From Zootoca vivipara (Eukaryota), in contig NC_083288.1 in NCBI RefSeq assembly GCF_963506605.1, positions 30,256,001 to 30,320,000 on the forward strand: DNA of 64,000 nucleotides, written 5' to 3'. The notes below the pieces were generated by a model. It saw only the letters and a program-made list of their open reading frames with translations, was not told the origin of the DNA and searched no databases. Positions 1 to 13,200 of the stretch are shown in pieces (the first letter of the stretch is position 1; every line of letters begins with the position of its first letter). The translations under genes and the position numbers were made by a program.

Positions 1-426
1 TTAATGCCATTGATTTCAAGTAGTCTACTCTGCGTTAATACAGCAGCTTATTTGATTTTCACATTGCTTCACTAACTATTAACTACCACATTGTATTGGA
101 CATTTCAAACAACATAACAGCCACTTCTGGAAATATGGTGGAATATATTGCAGATTTAACACATATTTCCATGTTATTAGCAAAGAGGGTTTTTTTTCTG
201 GAAGCAAATGACACCAGAATAGTATACAAATATAGTGAAATAGTTCTAAGCACATGGTCTGAGTTTTTAGAGAGCAAGTTCAATCACTTCCTATCTTGGT
301 GAATTCATATGGTGAAAGCGAGTGAAGAAGGAAGCTTCACTTCACCAGAGGTGAGGGGGGGGGGACCTAACTTAGTCTAAGAATACAATTCTATGGTCTT
401 AGCCCTAAGCTAGCTACTGTAGTTAT

Positions 427-715
427 AAAGATAAAGGGACCCCCTGACCATTAGGTCCAGTCGTGACCGACTCTGGGGTTGCGGCGTTCATCTCGTGTTA
501 TTGGCCGAGGGAGCCGGCGTACAGCTTCCAGGTCATGTGGCCAGCATGACAAAGCCACTTCTGGCGAACCAGAGCAGCACACGGAAATGCCGTTTACCTT
601 CCCGCTGAAGCGGTACCTATTTATCTACTTGCACTTTTATGTGCTTTCAAACTGCTAGGTTGGAAGGAGCTGGGACCGAGCAACAGGAGCTCACCCCGTC
701 GCAGGGATTCAAACT
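427..715 (-). mobile_element. Sauria SINE
   Basis: Diagnostic core (gggacccc..tgaccattaggtccagtc ... ccaggtcatgtggccagcatgac ... tacctatttatctacttgcac); probable TSD tagttata on both sides. Confidence 0.85.
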
Positions 716-935
716 AGTTATATTTGACTGCAATTACCTAGGGGATGCCTTCTGCCCTGGCCTAGACATACTGCCTGCATGTGAAATTACAATGACAACT
801 GTAGGTGAATAGTAAAAGTTTATTTGCAAACACTAACTGACTCACTGCTTCTTATTTATAGAACTACCAGTATTAACAGATCCAACTGCTGTGACCTCAC
901 CTCCCACTTAGGAAAGCTCACTATCCTGACCGAAG

Positions 936-1883
936 ATGGACTCCCTCAAATCTATGGGAAGACAGAACACAACAAGTGTCACAGAGTTTATCCTCATGGG
1001 ATTCTCTATTGATGCAGAGAATCAGCTGCTTCTCTTTGCCTTAGGACTTTCGGCCTATCTGTTGACTTTGTCGGGGAATCTGGCCATCATTGTATTAATT
1101 CGGGTGGACCAAAGCCTCCACACACCCATGTACTTCCTCCTGGGAAACCTCTCTTTTGTTGAGATCTGCTACACTTCCACCACAGTCCCCAAGATGCTGT
1201 GGGATCTCTTGTTGGGAGACAAGAAAATCTCCTTTGTAGGATGTGCACTGCAGATGTATTTCTTTGTCACGTTGGGGGGCACAGAGTGTGTGCTTCTCTC
1301 AGCCATGGCATATGACCGCTATGCAGCTATCTGCCACCCATTGCGCTACACTCTGCTCATGAGCCCACCAATACGTAGGAGTCTGCTGGCAGTTTCATGG
1401 GCTGTTGGCAACTTCAATTCCATGGTCAACACAGCGATGGTCTTTTCCCTAAATTTCTGCCACTCCCATGAGATTGACCACTTCTTCTGTGACATACCTC
1501 CCCTTCTGCACATCTCTTGTTCTGACACATTTGTCAGCCAGCTCATAACCTTCACCATCTCTGGGTGCGTTATCATTGTGCCATTCTGCCTGACCCTTCT
1601 CTCCTATGCCTTGATTGTCTCCTCGGTGCTCAAAATCCGCACAGCTCATGGTAGAATCAAGGCATTCTCCACCTGTGCTTCCCACCTCACTGTGGTGAGC
1701 ATCTTCTTTGGTACTATCATTTACACCTACATACGGCCCTCCTCCACACATTCTATGGAACAGGACCGCCTAGTTTCTGTACTGTATGCCATCATCACTC
1801 CCATGCTCAACCCCTTGATCTATAGCTTCAGGAACAAGGAAGTGCAGGGAGCACTTCAGAGAGCACTTGGGAAGAACAGATAA
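936..1883 (+). CDS. Olfactory receptor, class II, intact (start may be the ATG at 954)
   Basis: 315 aa; N-terminal NTT glycosylation site, LHTPMY, MAYDRYAAICHPLRY, HFFCD, KAFSTCASHL, PMLNPLIYSFRN. Confidence 0.97.
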   Translation: MDSLKSMGRQNTTSVTEFILMGFSIDAENQLLLFALGLSAYLLTLSGNLAIIVLIRVDQSLHTPMYFLLGNLSFVEICYTSTTVPKMLWDLLLGDKKISFVGCALQMYFFVTLGGTECVLLSAMAYDRYAAICHPLRYTLLMSPPIRRSLLAVSWAVGNFNSMVNTAMVFSLNFCHSHEIDHFFCDIPPLLHISCSDTFVSQLITFTISGCVIIVPFCLTLLSYALIVSSVLKIRTAHGRIKAFSTCASHLTVVSIFFGTIIYTYIRPSSTHSMEQDRLVSVLYAIITPMLNPLIYSFRNKEVQGALQRALGKNR

Positions 1884-2080
1884 GAGATATGGGACCAGTA
1901 AATTGAAAAGTTAAGATCCACCACAAAATTCATCAGATTAGTTTAAAAGACATTGGGTGATATCCTAAATCAGGGGTAGCCAACATGGTGCTCTCCAGAT
2001 ATTATTGTTGGACTACGAGTCTCATCTCTGACTGTTGACCATGACGACTGAGGATGTTGGGAGTTGGAGTCCAAAAACAC

Positions 2081-2155
<75 letters not shown>
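2081..2155. repeat. (AAT)n(AAC)n microsatellite at the tail of an L2 fragment
   Basis: Seen directly; it causes the spurious poly-Leu ORF 2002-2235. Confidence 0.95.
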
Positions 2156-2156
<1 letters not shown>

Positions 2157-2695
2157 CATTTTTATTTATACCCTGCCCTCCCCAGTCAAAACCGGCCTCA
2201 GGGCAGCTAACACCAATAAAATTACAATAAGACATAAAATAAAATAATTAATTAAAATACAGATTAAAATACAATATTAAAATTTAAAATGCAGCCTCAT
2301 TTTAAGTAGTCCATAAATCAAAACCATAAGGGAGGAAATCACAGGGGTCAGACTGAATCCAACCCAAAGGCCAGGCGGTACAGCTCTATCTTGCAGGCCC
2401 TGCAGAAAGATGACAAATCCCGCAGGGCCCTGGTCTCCTGTGAAAGAGCATTCCACCAAGTTGGGGCCAATACTGAAAAGGCCCTGGCCCTAGTTGAGGC
2501 CAATCTAGCCACCTTATGGCTCTGGATCGCCAGAAGATTGTTGTTTGTGGACCTTAAGGCATACCAGGAGAGGCGGTCCCATAGGTACGAGAGTCCCAAG
2601 CCACATAGGGCTTTAAAGGTCAAAACCAGCACCTTAAACCTGATCCTGTACTCCACCGGGAGCCAAAGCAGCTGGTAAAGCACTGGCTCCCGGTG
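2156..2695 (-). mobile_element. L2-type LINE 3' fragment
   Basis: Translation WLPVEYRIRFKVLVLTFKAL...RAFSVLAPTWWNAL is the typical L2 ORF2 C-terminus, followed by a simple-repeat tail. Confidence 0.85.
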
Positions 2696-4278
2696 GACAT
2701 CACTTTGACTACTCCTGTACCAAGTCCTACTGAAATCAAAGAACAAGGTATTTCTATTAGACATGCCAAGTGTGACATGTTGTTAATAACATGTTAAAAG
2801 AATAGTTAATAACATTTACAAATCAGAAGGTAGATCTAAAAATTCAACGCAGTGTACAGAATTCATTTTGCCATGAGCCTTATTGGACGAATTATTGTTT
2901 CTACAACAACAAACAATTATTGTTTCTACAACAACAAAGTTATCATGACAATACAGGCTGATGGGAAATCCCAATGTCAATTTTGTGTTTTGGTGGTTTG
3001 CAAAAGGTCTGATAAGATCCTCAGTGCTGATTGTATATTAAGCTGTCCTTAGAGGAAACCTTCTATGAGTAACTACTAATTCTGTCTGTAGAGATCAAGA
3101 CCATATGTAGCAGACATTCACACAACCCCCTAGGAACATCTCAATGCATTATTTACTACACCTGGTGTAATGTAGTTCGCAGCTGCATCGTGGAGGAGGT
3201 AGAAGTAGACTAGCAAGCTACTGAAACTGGTCTGTGAGATTTTTTTAAAAATACTATCTTTATCAACATCTTTTTCTGGAATGAGATTACAAAAGGGATG
3301 ACTCCTTGCAATTAAACAAAAGCGTAAAGAGCATGGCACAGGTAAAGATTGTACTTGAAGCTTGGTGAGATCTATAGTATTACACTTTATTGTTTATCAT
3401 TTTTTGGTATTTACAAATGAAATCATTTTTAAAGATAACTCAGTACATGGTAAGTGATTTTAGATGACAACACTATATCCACTTACCACAAAAGGATTTA
3501 CTTCAGAGGAGACATATATGGGGTTGCATTGTAACAGAGCACTCCTCTGTAGCAGGGGAGGGGAGGGAGAATCTGTGATTCTGCCAAATTCTAAGCTCTA
3601 CTGGTCTTGGGTCAGTCATGACAGAAGATGGATGGCTAGAGTGATAGGTGGCTAGAGTGTTGGAGAAATGGGAGAGATTTAGANNNNNNNNNNNNNNNNN
3701 NNNNNNNNNNNNNNNNNNNNNNNNNNNNNNNNNNNNNNNNNNNNNNNNNNNNNNNNNNNNNNNNNNNNNNNNNNNNNNNNNNNNNNNNNNNNNNNNNNNN
3801 NNNNNNNNNNNNNTGTTTCCTTTCCCCCTTCTCCACCATCAGTGCACCAACTGTGGCACTCTTTTCCACAGCAGCTAGCAACAGAGGGAGGTGTGCAAAA
3901 CGCAATGATCCATAGAATAGTCCTTGATTTTAGGAAGTTCTCTCTTTAAGAAGCTGTCTGATCCAAGTCTGGTTTAAAAATTTAAAGAACCATAATAAGA
4001 ATAGCTAGGGGTCTTGAAATCATCTGTTCACAACCTCACTCACTATGGTTCTATGTGACCTCTACTTTGCTTTACATGTCACAAACCCCTTTTGTTAGAC
4101 AGGAATCTCAGATTTTCTAAAAAGGTGGGGCATTTATATATGGATGCTTTGTGTTTCATTTCTTTTATGCTTTTTTTAAAAAAATGTTTAGAGGGCAAGT
4201 GGGCACACTGTAAAGAGCATTGCCAGTGAGATCCCAACAAGCTATGATTTTATTTTGCCCAGAGGTATTGTTTATATT

Positions 4279-4499
4279 CTCCTGCAGTTCGAAAGCACGT
4301 CAAAGTGCAAGTAGATAAATAGGGACCACTACAGCGGGAAGGTAAACGGCGTTTCCGTGTGCTGCTCTGGTTTGCCAGAAGCGGCTTTGTCATGCTGGCC
4401 ACATGACCTGGAAGCTGTACCAATAATGCGAGATGAGCGCACAACCCCAGAGTCGACATGACCGGACCTAATGGTCAGGGGTCCCTTTACCTTTACCTT
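4279..4499 (+). mobile_element. Sauria SINE, 5' truncated
   Basis: Ends in (tttacc)n tail; TSD tattgtttatatt at 4266-4278 and 4500-4512. Confidence 0.9.
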
Positions 4500-4742
4500 T
4501 ATTGTTTATATTTATGCAAAATGGTGTCATGGGTCTCTCTGTCCTAAGTGCTTTAAGTACCTAGCAATGCCCGTCGGCTACAATCAGTTCCATAATTCTC
4601 CAGAAATTTATTTTGTGAAACCTAGAAAATTCTAAATTAACTTCTCAATGTTGTTTCTCACTAATAGTGTACATTTATAACATCTGCTGTTGTGTTTCAG
4701 GTACTTGGAGTCTTATAGCCCTATCATAAAAGATGGTCAAAT

Positions 4743-5678
4743 ATGAGCAGAATGAAGGTGAACCACACAGTTGTCACAGAGTTCATCCTCCTGGGCTTAT
4801 CCAGTGATCCAGCCCAACAGATACTTCTTTTTTCCTTAGTACTTTTAACCTATCTGCTAACTTTAGTAGGAAATCTAGCCATCATGACTTTGATTTGTGT
4901 GGACCGGTGCCTCCAGACACCAATGTACTTCCTCCTTGGCAACCTTTCATTCATTGAGATCTGCTACACCTCTTCCACTGTCCCAAAGATGCTCTGGAAT
5001 CTCGTGTCAGGAGACAGGACCATCTCCTTCACTGGCTGTGCTCTCCAGATGTATTTCTTTGTCACTTTAGGAGGCACAGAATGTGTACTCCTCTCAGCCA
5101 TGGCATATGACCGTTACGCAGCCATCTGCCACCCGTTGCGCTACACTGTGCTCATGAGCCAGCCAACCTGTAAAGGATTGCTAACAGTTTCATGGACTGT
5201 TGGCAACTTCAACTCTATCATCAACACAGCCTTGGTTTTCTCCCTTGACTTCTGCAATTCAAACCAAATACAGCACTTTTTCTGTGACATTCCTCCCCTC
5301 TTGCACCTCTCCTGCTCTGACACAAGACTGAGCAAATTGGTGACCTTTACAGTCTCTGGGTGTGGCATTACCATGTCCTTCTTCCTAACTCTACTCTCCT
5401 ATATCTTCATTATCTTCACTGTGCTCAAAATACGTACATCTCAGGGTCGGATCAAAGCTTTCTCCACCTGTGCATCCCACCTCACTGTGGTGAGCATCTT
5501 CTATGGAACCATCATCTTCACTTATCTAACTCCATCCTCCAGCCATTCCACTGAACTGGAGCAGCTGGTCTCTGTGCTTTATGCCATCATCACCCCTCTG
5601 CTGAACCCTCTAATCTACAGCTTCAGGAACAAGGATGTGCAAAGTGCTCTTCGTAGACTGTTTGGAACAAACACATAG
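4743..5678 (+). CDS. Olfactory receptor, intact; close paralog of 936-1883
   Basis: 311 aa, all OR motifs; shares ALQMYFFVTLGGTECVLLSAMAYDRYAAICHPLRYT with the upstream OR; splice acceptor tgtttcag at ~4700. Confidence 0.97.
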   Translation: MSRMKVNHTVVTEFILLGLSSDPAQQILLFSLVLLTYLLTLVGNLAIMTLICVDRCLQTPMYFLLGNLSFIEICYTSSTVPKMLWNLVSGDRTISFTGCALQMYFFVTLGGTECVLLSAMAYDRYAAICHPLRYTVLMSQPTCKGLLTVSWTVGNFNSIINTALVFSLDFCNSNQIQHFFCDIPPLLHLSCSDTRLSKLVTFTVSGCGITMSFFLTLLSYIFIIFTVLKIRTSQGRIKAFSTCASHLTVVSIFYGTIIFTYLTPSSSHSTELEQLVSVLYAIITPLLNPLIYSFRNKDVQSALRRLFGTNT

Positions 5679-6261
5679 AGAAAATGGGCCTGGAATCTTG
5701 AACAATTCAGCAAAAGAAAATCAATAACACAAGTTGAAAAATATTTGAAATGTTTTATCCATGTGAATGTTTGCACACTGTTATATTTATTTGTCACCAT
5801 TAATGCTCTTTTTTATTCCTATCAATAACAAAAATAGATAACCCAACCCAGCAAAAGTGGGCAACTTGTGGCCCTACAGTTGTTTCTGGACTACAACTCC
5901 TATAGCCCTTTGATCATTCTATCTGGGACTGGTGGAAGTTGGAGTCCAGCAACATCTGGAGAGTCATAGGCTCCCCACCCCTGCAATACAGCCTTAAGGT
6001 CCAGGATCATTGTCCATGGAAACATGAGGCAGTTTTTCTTTTCTGTGTGTCATGGGTTCTCCCACTCATCCAACAACACTCCCAACAAGTCCAACAACCT
6101 TCTCATTTTTGAGGAGGAAAACTAGATAATAGAGTGCTTTGCATGTATGATCAGTGGCTTTGTGAAGTGGGAGTCATCCCACCATCCTGTATGGTTGAAA
6201 AAGCTGGAGAGCTATTAGCATGTGGACAAGTTTGAACATTTGAACCACTAGATACAGGCAT

Positions 6262-7100
6262 TTGCGTGGACAGGCAGAGTCCCCCCAACCCCAGGCGACC
6301 CCCAAGCGGAATAATGACTCAAGACAACATGCTACGGGATTAAAATTGGCCACAACTTTATTAAGTTTCAGATGTAGGAAGACCTTAGCTCAGGCATTGG
6401 GCATTTATCCTTCCCAGTCCCCACCTGGGGATCTGGGAAACATCAGGGTTAACCAGAATGTGTGGGGATTGGGCTGGCTCTGGAGAACATATGTTCAAGC
6501 AGAGAGCCCACTCCCCGTTTCGCCGCCGTTAGAGGGGACAGCAATGGCAACCTCTCAGTGTATGGCCAATGCCCCCCCAAGACCCCTTTAATGGGGAACC
6601 CTGGGATCACCGCCGCAAAGGGGGCATGGGTCACTGCTTCACGCCCCCCTCCATTTAGGAAGATAGAATAAAGGATTCCGCCCAAGGCCTGAAACCGCCA
6701 AAGTTGTGATGTTTTGCTAGGGGGAAGGCAAAACCTGTCAATGCAGGAAAATTCCTTTCCGGCCCTTCAACAGCAACCCTGACGTAGCAGCGCCTTCGTA
6801 CCTGTGTAGAAGATGTTAACCTGCAAAAGAAGACTTAACTGAGGGAGGGCAGGGTGGGAGAAGCTCTGGAGCCACCTGCTACTTTGCAGGTAAGATTCAC
6901 CTTCCATTGTGTGGGCGTTGTAAGGGTCCCTCCCCTTATCTGGCCAATCCCCTGGCAACACCTCCCCAGGTGGGATTAGGCAATTGGCTGAGGTAGGTGG
7001 AGACCTCCAGGTATCCAGCCTGGAGAGGATGAAGCTAGCCCAAACTACCAGGAGCCACACTGGGATCTGGGGGGGCTGCACATGACCACACAAAAGGCGC
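6262..7100 (-). mobile_element. Probable DIRS/Ngaro-type terminal repeat fragment
   Basis: Minus strand carries AATAAAGTTGTGGCC; 6665-6912 is homologous (inverted) to 24572-24822 next to the Ngaro-like element. Confidence 0.55.
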
Positions 7101-10100
7101 ACCCCACTTGATGTGGGGAGCGGTCATTAAGAGTTGCTGATTATCACTCTGAAATTGGGGCAGATGTTTCAGAAGTGTTATTAAATCACTTTGAGCTCCC
7201 CCCACCATCTCAAAAGGAAGGATTTTGCTGCAACTTTTCAATTTAGACCTACGAATGAAGAGGTGCATCCAATGTTAGTCATATGTGGAACCAGACCTTT
7301 GGGCTTAATTGATTTCAAGGCGTCTGCACTGCCTGAGACTTGGCTGGATATCCCCAAAGATTGTGGACAAGCTCTCAAAACACCAAGAAAATAATATATT
7401 TAGCTCTTGGGATGCTTATTTTTATGGGGCATTTGCATTGTGAATTCCTTTGTAGCAGCTAAAATTGTATTGGCTCATGGATAGAAATCTTCTTTTCCAC
7501 CTACATTGATGGAATGGTGGTTGAAAGCATTAGAAATTGGAAATTAGAAATTGATAAAATTTGAAGACACAACACTGGCTGATTTCTTTCAGAAATTTCT
7601 CTCGTTTATTACACACTTTAATGTACAATGTACTAAATAAATTTGTTTTGTTACATATTTCTCTCTATATAATAAAAATGTAAGGCTGTCATCATTCACC
7701 CCCTTTTGGATGATTTGTAGTACCTCTTCATAGTCCTGAATTTTCATGAAGGCAGAGTAGGATAGGGGAGCAAAAGTGAAGGCAGATTGTACAGCAGTAG
7801 TGGCTGTGGTATGGGAGTGAGAAGGGAGATCACTGAGTGGGGGAGTTGTGGTTTAAAACAGCAGAAGAATTTAAAGTAGAGAACTTAGAGCAAAGTGGCA
7901 GTTTTAAGCAATGGCAGAGGTTTGAGTAAAGTACTATGGAATATTTGAGGGCTCCACATCCTTTATCTCTCTCACATGAGGCAGCTGATAAATAGAAGAG
8001 GCAGAAGTTTGAGTACAGCAAGAAGGAAGGGACTCTGAAAGGGAAAAAAAAGTAGCAATTTTAAATAATGGCAGAGATTTGAGTGGAGTTTGCAGGGGAT
8101 GACACTGAGAGAGGAAGTGGTTGTTTAAAACAATATTTCAGTACATTAAGAAGGATGTGTGGGAAAGCTTGGTTGTTTTCACTTTTTGGTGTTACCATCT
8201 GTGTTATACTTCTCATTGTTAAAAACTGTTCTGTTTTCCCCCCCTAAAAAATACAACTCAATGTCCCTTCATCCCTCTTTTCTTCAAACCTTTTGCAATT
8301 GTTTAAAACCACCATTTTCTTCTCAGTGTCCTCCACCCATGCTTTACCCAAACATCTGCCACGACGATAGAGGCAGGAGGGAGAAAGCATTGTTGCTACT
8401 CCATTTACATTACAGCGTTCCAATTCCGCTTTTTAAAAACTAAAACAATTTAGGGACAAAAAGTATGAAAATACATGGCATAGCATATTTGCTCTTCAAA
8501 CATATCATTAAGGATTTCTGAACTAGCCATAAACCACATTTTTGAATGTTTCTATTAGAATTTTGGCATGCTTTAATTTAAGGTTGGGAAATGTAAAGAA
8601 CACAAAATCGTCTCATGGCATTTCCTATAGATATCCACTGCACTTATTCCCTCGGCTCTTTGTGCTACTCCCACTTGAGATTATTTTAATGACTCAAGTA
8701 GATTCTTTACATTCCTCAATGGGACTAATTCCAACAGTCCCACGGTGAAATAATCTGAAGTTAGCATAACACAAGCATCTTACTATGCAGTTGTCTACAA
8801 GAAGAGATGCTAGACAGCAAATAAAAAGGCACCCAAAATGAAATGTTGATTCATTTTGACTTCAGAACTGACATCTTAGCAATGGAATGAGAAGGTTTGT
8901 TTCTCTTTTTCTTTTAACTCTCACAATTGGACTTCCTCCTCGCTTCGTATGATTTTCGACAGACCCTCTCCCCACTGAAAGGGATGGATCTGGTGCCTTC
9001 ATGTCTAGTTTGAGCCTGAAGAGTTTATGGCTAGGATCCAACAGGGTTATTTAGGCATGTTCAAGAACTTGGACACACTAAAGGGAATGCTGGCTTGTCC
9101 TCCTCCTCTTCCTTCTCCCCTTTGAACAGTAGATGCACTGCTTTATCCCAATATGTGCTTGATGTGTAGTAAGGGCTCCTGGGTTGTTCATGAAACTGGA
9201 ATGAGTGTGGGTTAACTTGATCTGAGATGCTGTTGCTTCGAAATGTGTAGCTTTCAAATGTGTGTAGGAGTTGCCACTGGCATAATTTGAAGTACATCAG
9301 TATAACTGGTAAATCAAAAATATTACAACACACGGAATAGTAGGCTCATTAATAATAAAATGTTGAGTGAATCCCTGATAACCGTAGAATAACATGGATT
9401 TTAACAATAGTGGCTGGCTTGTGTAGCTGCAATGTCCTTTGCTTTCATTCAGTAGCAGCTGTTAGGCCCAAGACAAACTAACAAAGGGGTCATTGGAGGA
9501 ATTTATATGATATATGGGGAAATAGAATACAGAAGGGATAACCAATATATCAATACACATTTGTTCTATTTAATCCAAAGATAGAGAGGTAGTGCTGAGG
9601 CAAATGGTCTGCTTCTTTTTAAATCTTGGTCTCAACTGGTCAGTCAGGACAGATCCGAACTGGGAGGCCATTACATGGTAGAACAGAGGGAAGGATTAAG
9701 AGGAGACTGGGAGAAGCAGAGCTGGCAGCCATTGCAATGGAGGGAAAGTAAGAAGACCGAGAAAAAATTGGAGAAGGTCTGAAACCAATTACCTCAGTGG
9801 TGACTTACAGGGAGAAGGGAGAGATGCATAGTGCTAGGCTGGATGTAACAGTACAGCAAATAAACAAAACAGGATGAGATCTAATGATAGCAAAAATCTG
9901 AAGCTCAAAGAGTAAGGGCTGACCAGGAGGTCTCTGACACTAAACTTTTGAATCCATAGGTCTTCTCAGTAGGAAGGAGGGAAGTGACATCTCCTTTTGT
10001 GTTATACTCACACTAACCCTGATTTAGCTCCAGTACCACAGTTGTTTGTCTCCACATAATTGACAGGTATAGAAGAAATGAACTTAATCAGAGAGATTTG

Positions 10101-10656
10101 GCTTCCTATTTCCTTCTTTCAGAACCTCATAGATCAACACATAATGATGGAACACAAAGATAGAGAGACACAAGTGCAAGACAGCACAATGCCTGGAGAA
10201 CAAATTGTTCACATGACACAAACAATTGAGCCACGTCACTTGTTACAGGACAAGGATGTTTGAGAAGTTGAACCAAAAAAATAAAATAAAAATCCTTCCA
10301 GTAGCACTTTAGAGACCAACTAAGTTTGTCATAGGTATGAGCTTTCGTGTGCATGCACACTTCTTCAGATAGAGAGGTTGTTATCCATTCTGCTTTGAAG
10401 GGAAATATATCTAGGCCCCACAATCAGTAACTCAGCATGATTGAAAACCATCCATGGAGTTCTTCCCAATAGCCATTTTTATGAAGTGCAATCAGTGCTA
10501 CCTAACATTTTATCAGTAGCTGTGTCAGACTTTAAAGTCCCATTAAACAGTTGTCAATACTTAACCCCTCTTATTATGTCCCCCTCCCCACTCTCCTGAA
10601 TGTGCAGCTCTGTACAGTGAAGGAAGCCCTCTGAGGAGTCCTGATGCCTTCTGGAG

Positions 10657-11601
10657 ATGGAAATCCATGGCAAAATGGAAAGGAAAAACCAAACCACTCT
10701 GAAAGAATTCATCTTTTTGGGACTGTCAGATGACCCTAAACTCCAGAGCCTCCTCTTTGCTATTGGACTGATGATCTATGTAATCACCTTAACAGGGAAT
10801 CTAACCATCATTATTTTGATACAGGCCGACCAGCACCTCCACACTCCTATGTACTTCTTGCTGAGCAACCTGTCATTTACAGAGATCTGCTACATCACCA
10901 CCACCATGCCAAAGATGTTGTGGGACCTTCTGTCCAAGGACAAGACCATCTCCTTTGCAGGCTGTGTGATCCAGATGTACTTTTTTCTAACCACAGCTGC
11001 CACGGAAGGTGCCCTCCTTTCTGTCATGGCATATGATCGCTATGCCGCCATCTGCCACCCACTGCGCTACACTTTGCTCATGAGCCAGCCGATCCTCAGG
11101 TGGCTTTTGGCTGCTTCATGGACCGTTGGAAATATCAATGCCATTGTCAACACATCTTTTATATTCTCCCTGAACTTCTGTGGCTCCAATGTGATTGTGC
11201 ATTTCTTTTGTGACATCCCACCTGTCCTGCACCTCTCCTGCTCAGATACCTCCCTTGCTGAGTTGGTGACTTTCATAATCTCTGGCAGCATAATGATAAC
11301 AACAGTTTCCTTGATTGTACTCTCCTACATCCTCATTGTCTCAGCTGTACTCAAAATTCGTTCAGCACAGGGTAGGATCAAGACATTCTCAACCTGTGCT
11401 TCCCATCTTACTGTGGTGAGCATCTTCTACAGCACAGCCATCTTCACCTACATGTCTCCTTCCTCCAGCCGCTCCATGGAACAGGAGCGCTTAATCTCTG
11501 TGTTATACACCATAATCACTCCTTTTCTGAATCCTCTGATCTACAGCTTCAAAAACAGGGAAATGCAAGTTGCATTTCTGAATGTTCTTGGAAAGAAATA
11601 A
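10657..11601 (+). CDS. Olfactory receptor, intact; same subfamily as the two upstream ORs
   Basis: 314 aa; NQT site, LHTPMY, MAYDRYAAICHPLRY, KTFSTCASHL, PFLNPLIYSFKN. Confidence 0.97.
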   Translation: MEIHGKMERKNQTTLKEFIFLGLSDDPKLQSLLFAIGLMIYVITLTGNLTIIILIQADQHLHTPMYFLLSNLSFTEICYITTTMPKMLWDLLSKDKTISFAGCVIQMYFFLTTAATEGALLSVMAYDRYAAICHPLRYTLLMSQPILRWLLAASWTVGNINAIVNTSFIFSLNFCGSNVIVHFFCDIPPVLHLSCSDTSLAELVTFIISGSIMITTVSLIVLSYILIVSAVLKIRSAQGRIKTFSTCASHLTVVSIFYSTAIFTYMSPSSSRSMEQERLISVLYTIITPFLNPLIYSFKNREMQVAFLNVLGKK

Positions 11602-12144
11602 CACATTGCATTATGAAAGCTCAGATTTTTCTCGCCACAGACAAGTTGGGGATTGTGCTAAATTGTGAAACATCAAATAATCAGTTAATAAGGAAGATTT
11701 TCCATCTATTATTTAGCTCACTTTCCAAAGCAAAAAATGCTAAATTCTCCTGAACATACAGTAGTGACTAAAATATTAGTAACACTCCCAAACTGAGATA
11801 TGCAGATATTGTTAAATATTCAAAGAATGAGTGAAGACAGAGGGAGAGGAGCAAGTTTCAATACTATTATATTCCTGTACTCCCATCTTACCAAAAAGTC
11901 AACCATTCCTTGCTGTGGCCAGTAAGGGAAAGATGGAAAAATAAAAATTCAGCCAATAAATAACAAAGACCATCTTAGAGTTATCTTAATAAGGTCTGGA
12001 GAGTAGGGGAGTAGACAGCTAAGATCACAATCAGGGCCTATGTATAACTTAAACATGTGATTTAACATCACATGCATCTATCTATATCTGTATCATCCAT
12101 ATCTATATCTTTATCTATCTTTATCCAGATAAGAGTGAAGTAAT

Positions 12145-12700
12145 TTTTTTAATTCTTTTTTCAGATTTCAAAATTTACAAACAATTATCAAACAATGAAC
12201 ATAGAAAGAGAATTCCAAAGGATCTCCTGGACTTCCCTCCTCCCTTTGTGGGTCCTTATATTAACCTTTCCTCCCTCATCTTGTCTATTAATCCAAATCT
12301 ATTAAATCTCCATTTTAACCAAAATTCAACATTGAACTATAAGTGCTATTTCAATCCTACTAATAATTTGAATTGTTTACAATGGTTTTTAAGGTAAATT
12401 ATATATTTCCCCCATTCCTTATTAAAAATTTTGTCTTCCTGATTTCTGATTCTTCCGGTCATTTTTGCCATTTTGGAATAGTCCATCAACTTAATCGGCC
12501 ATTCTTCTCTGGTAGGGTCTTCTTTCCATCTCTGGGTTAGTAACATCCGAGCAGCAGTGGTCCCAGTCTTTTCTGATCCGTTGGAATTTCAGCACCTAGA
12601 ATTCTGAAAAGAAAAGTTTCCAATTTTTTTAGAAAAAGTTATTTTAAACATTTTTTTCCGCTTCATTATATATCATCTCCCAGAATTATTTTACTACTTT
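12145..12700 (-). mobile_element. L1-like LINE 3' fragment
   Basis: Translation QRWKEDPTREEWPIKLMDY..MAKMTGRIR..FNKEW resembles the squamate L1 ORF2 C-terminus; T-rich tail at ~12145. Confidence 0.7.
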
Positions 12701-12744
12701 ACATGTTACTTTACAAGGGTGAAGTAAATTTTCCCCTTGTGCTT

Positions 12745-13200
12745 AGCAGAACTTTGAAAGAGCAGCATTCAGAGGAACTGAATGTTCTTGATTCGGCGGT
12801 TTTGAGAGTAAGATTTGGTCAGAGAATGTGCCATTGTGCCTTGGGTGAGGTAGAATCCACAGAACACATTTTACTGAGTTGTCCCTTTTATAAAGATTTA
12901 AGGCAATATCTTATAACCCCATGTTTATCTCAGTTTAGTTCCCAACTAAGAAAACAGCAGGCAGCATATTTGCTAAACAAGCCCACTGGGAAAATAACCT
13001 TCTCGGTGGCTAAATTCATCTTCCTGGTGCTCAAGTGTCGGAAACGTATAATCGAATGCCTTGATGTGGGTTACCTGTAGGAGGTTCAGTAGCACGGTCA
13101 TACCTCATTTATGTATCCCTCTGATGCCTTCGGTTTTATATTTTTATATTTGTATTGAGAAATGTTTTTTTCTTTCTGACTATCAGTCGAATAAAGTATA
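12745..13200 (+). mobile_element. Non-LTR retrotransposon 3' fragment
   Basis: CHC...ESTEHILLSCPFY zinc-knuckle-like C-terminus followed by AATAAAG. Confidence 0.6.

Noticed and set aside
1346-1576. Recurrent antisense ORFs inside OR genes (also 5141, 11067, 17461, 28434, 37437)
   Set aside because: Shadow frames of conserved OR codons shared between paralogs.
7660-8450. Possible Helitron 5' end (TCTATATAATAAAAATGTAAG) followed by degenerate ggcagaggtttgagt repeats
   Set aside because: No hairpin-CTRR 3' end was found; too degenerate to call.
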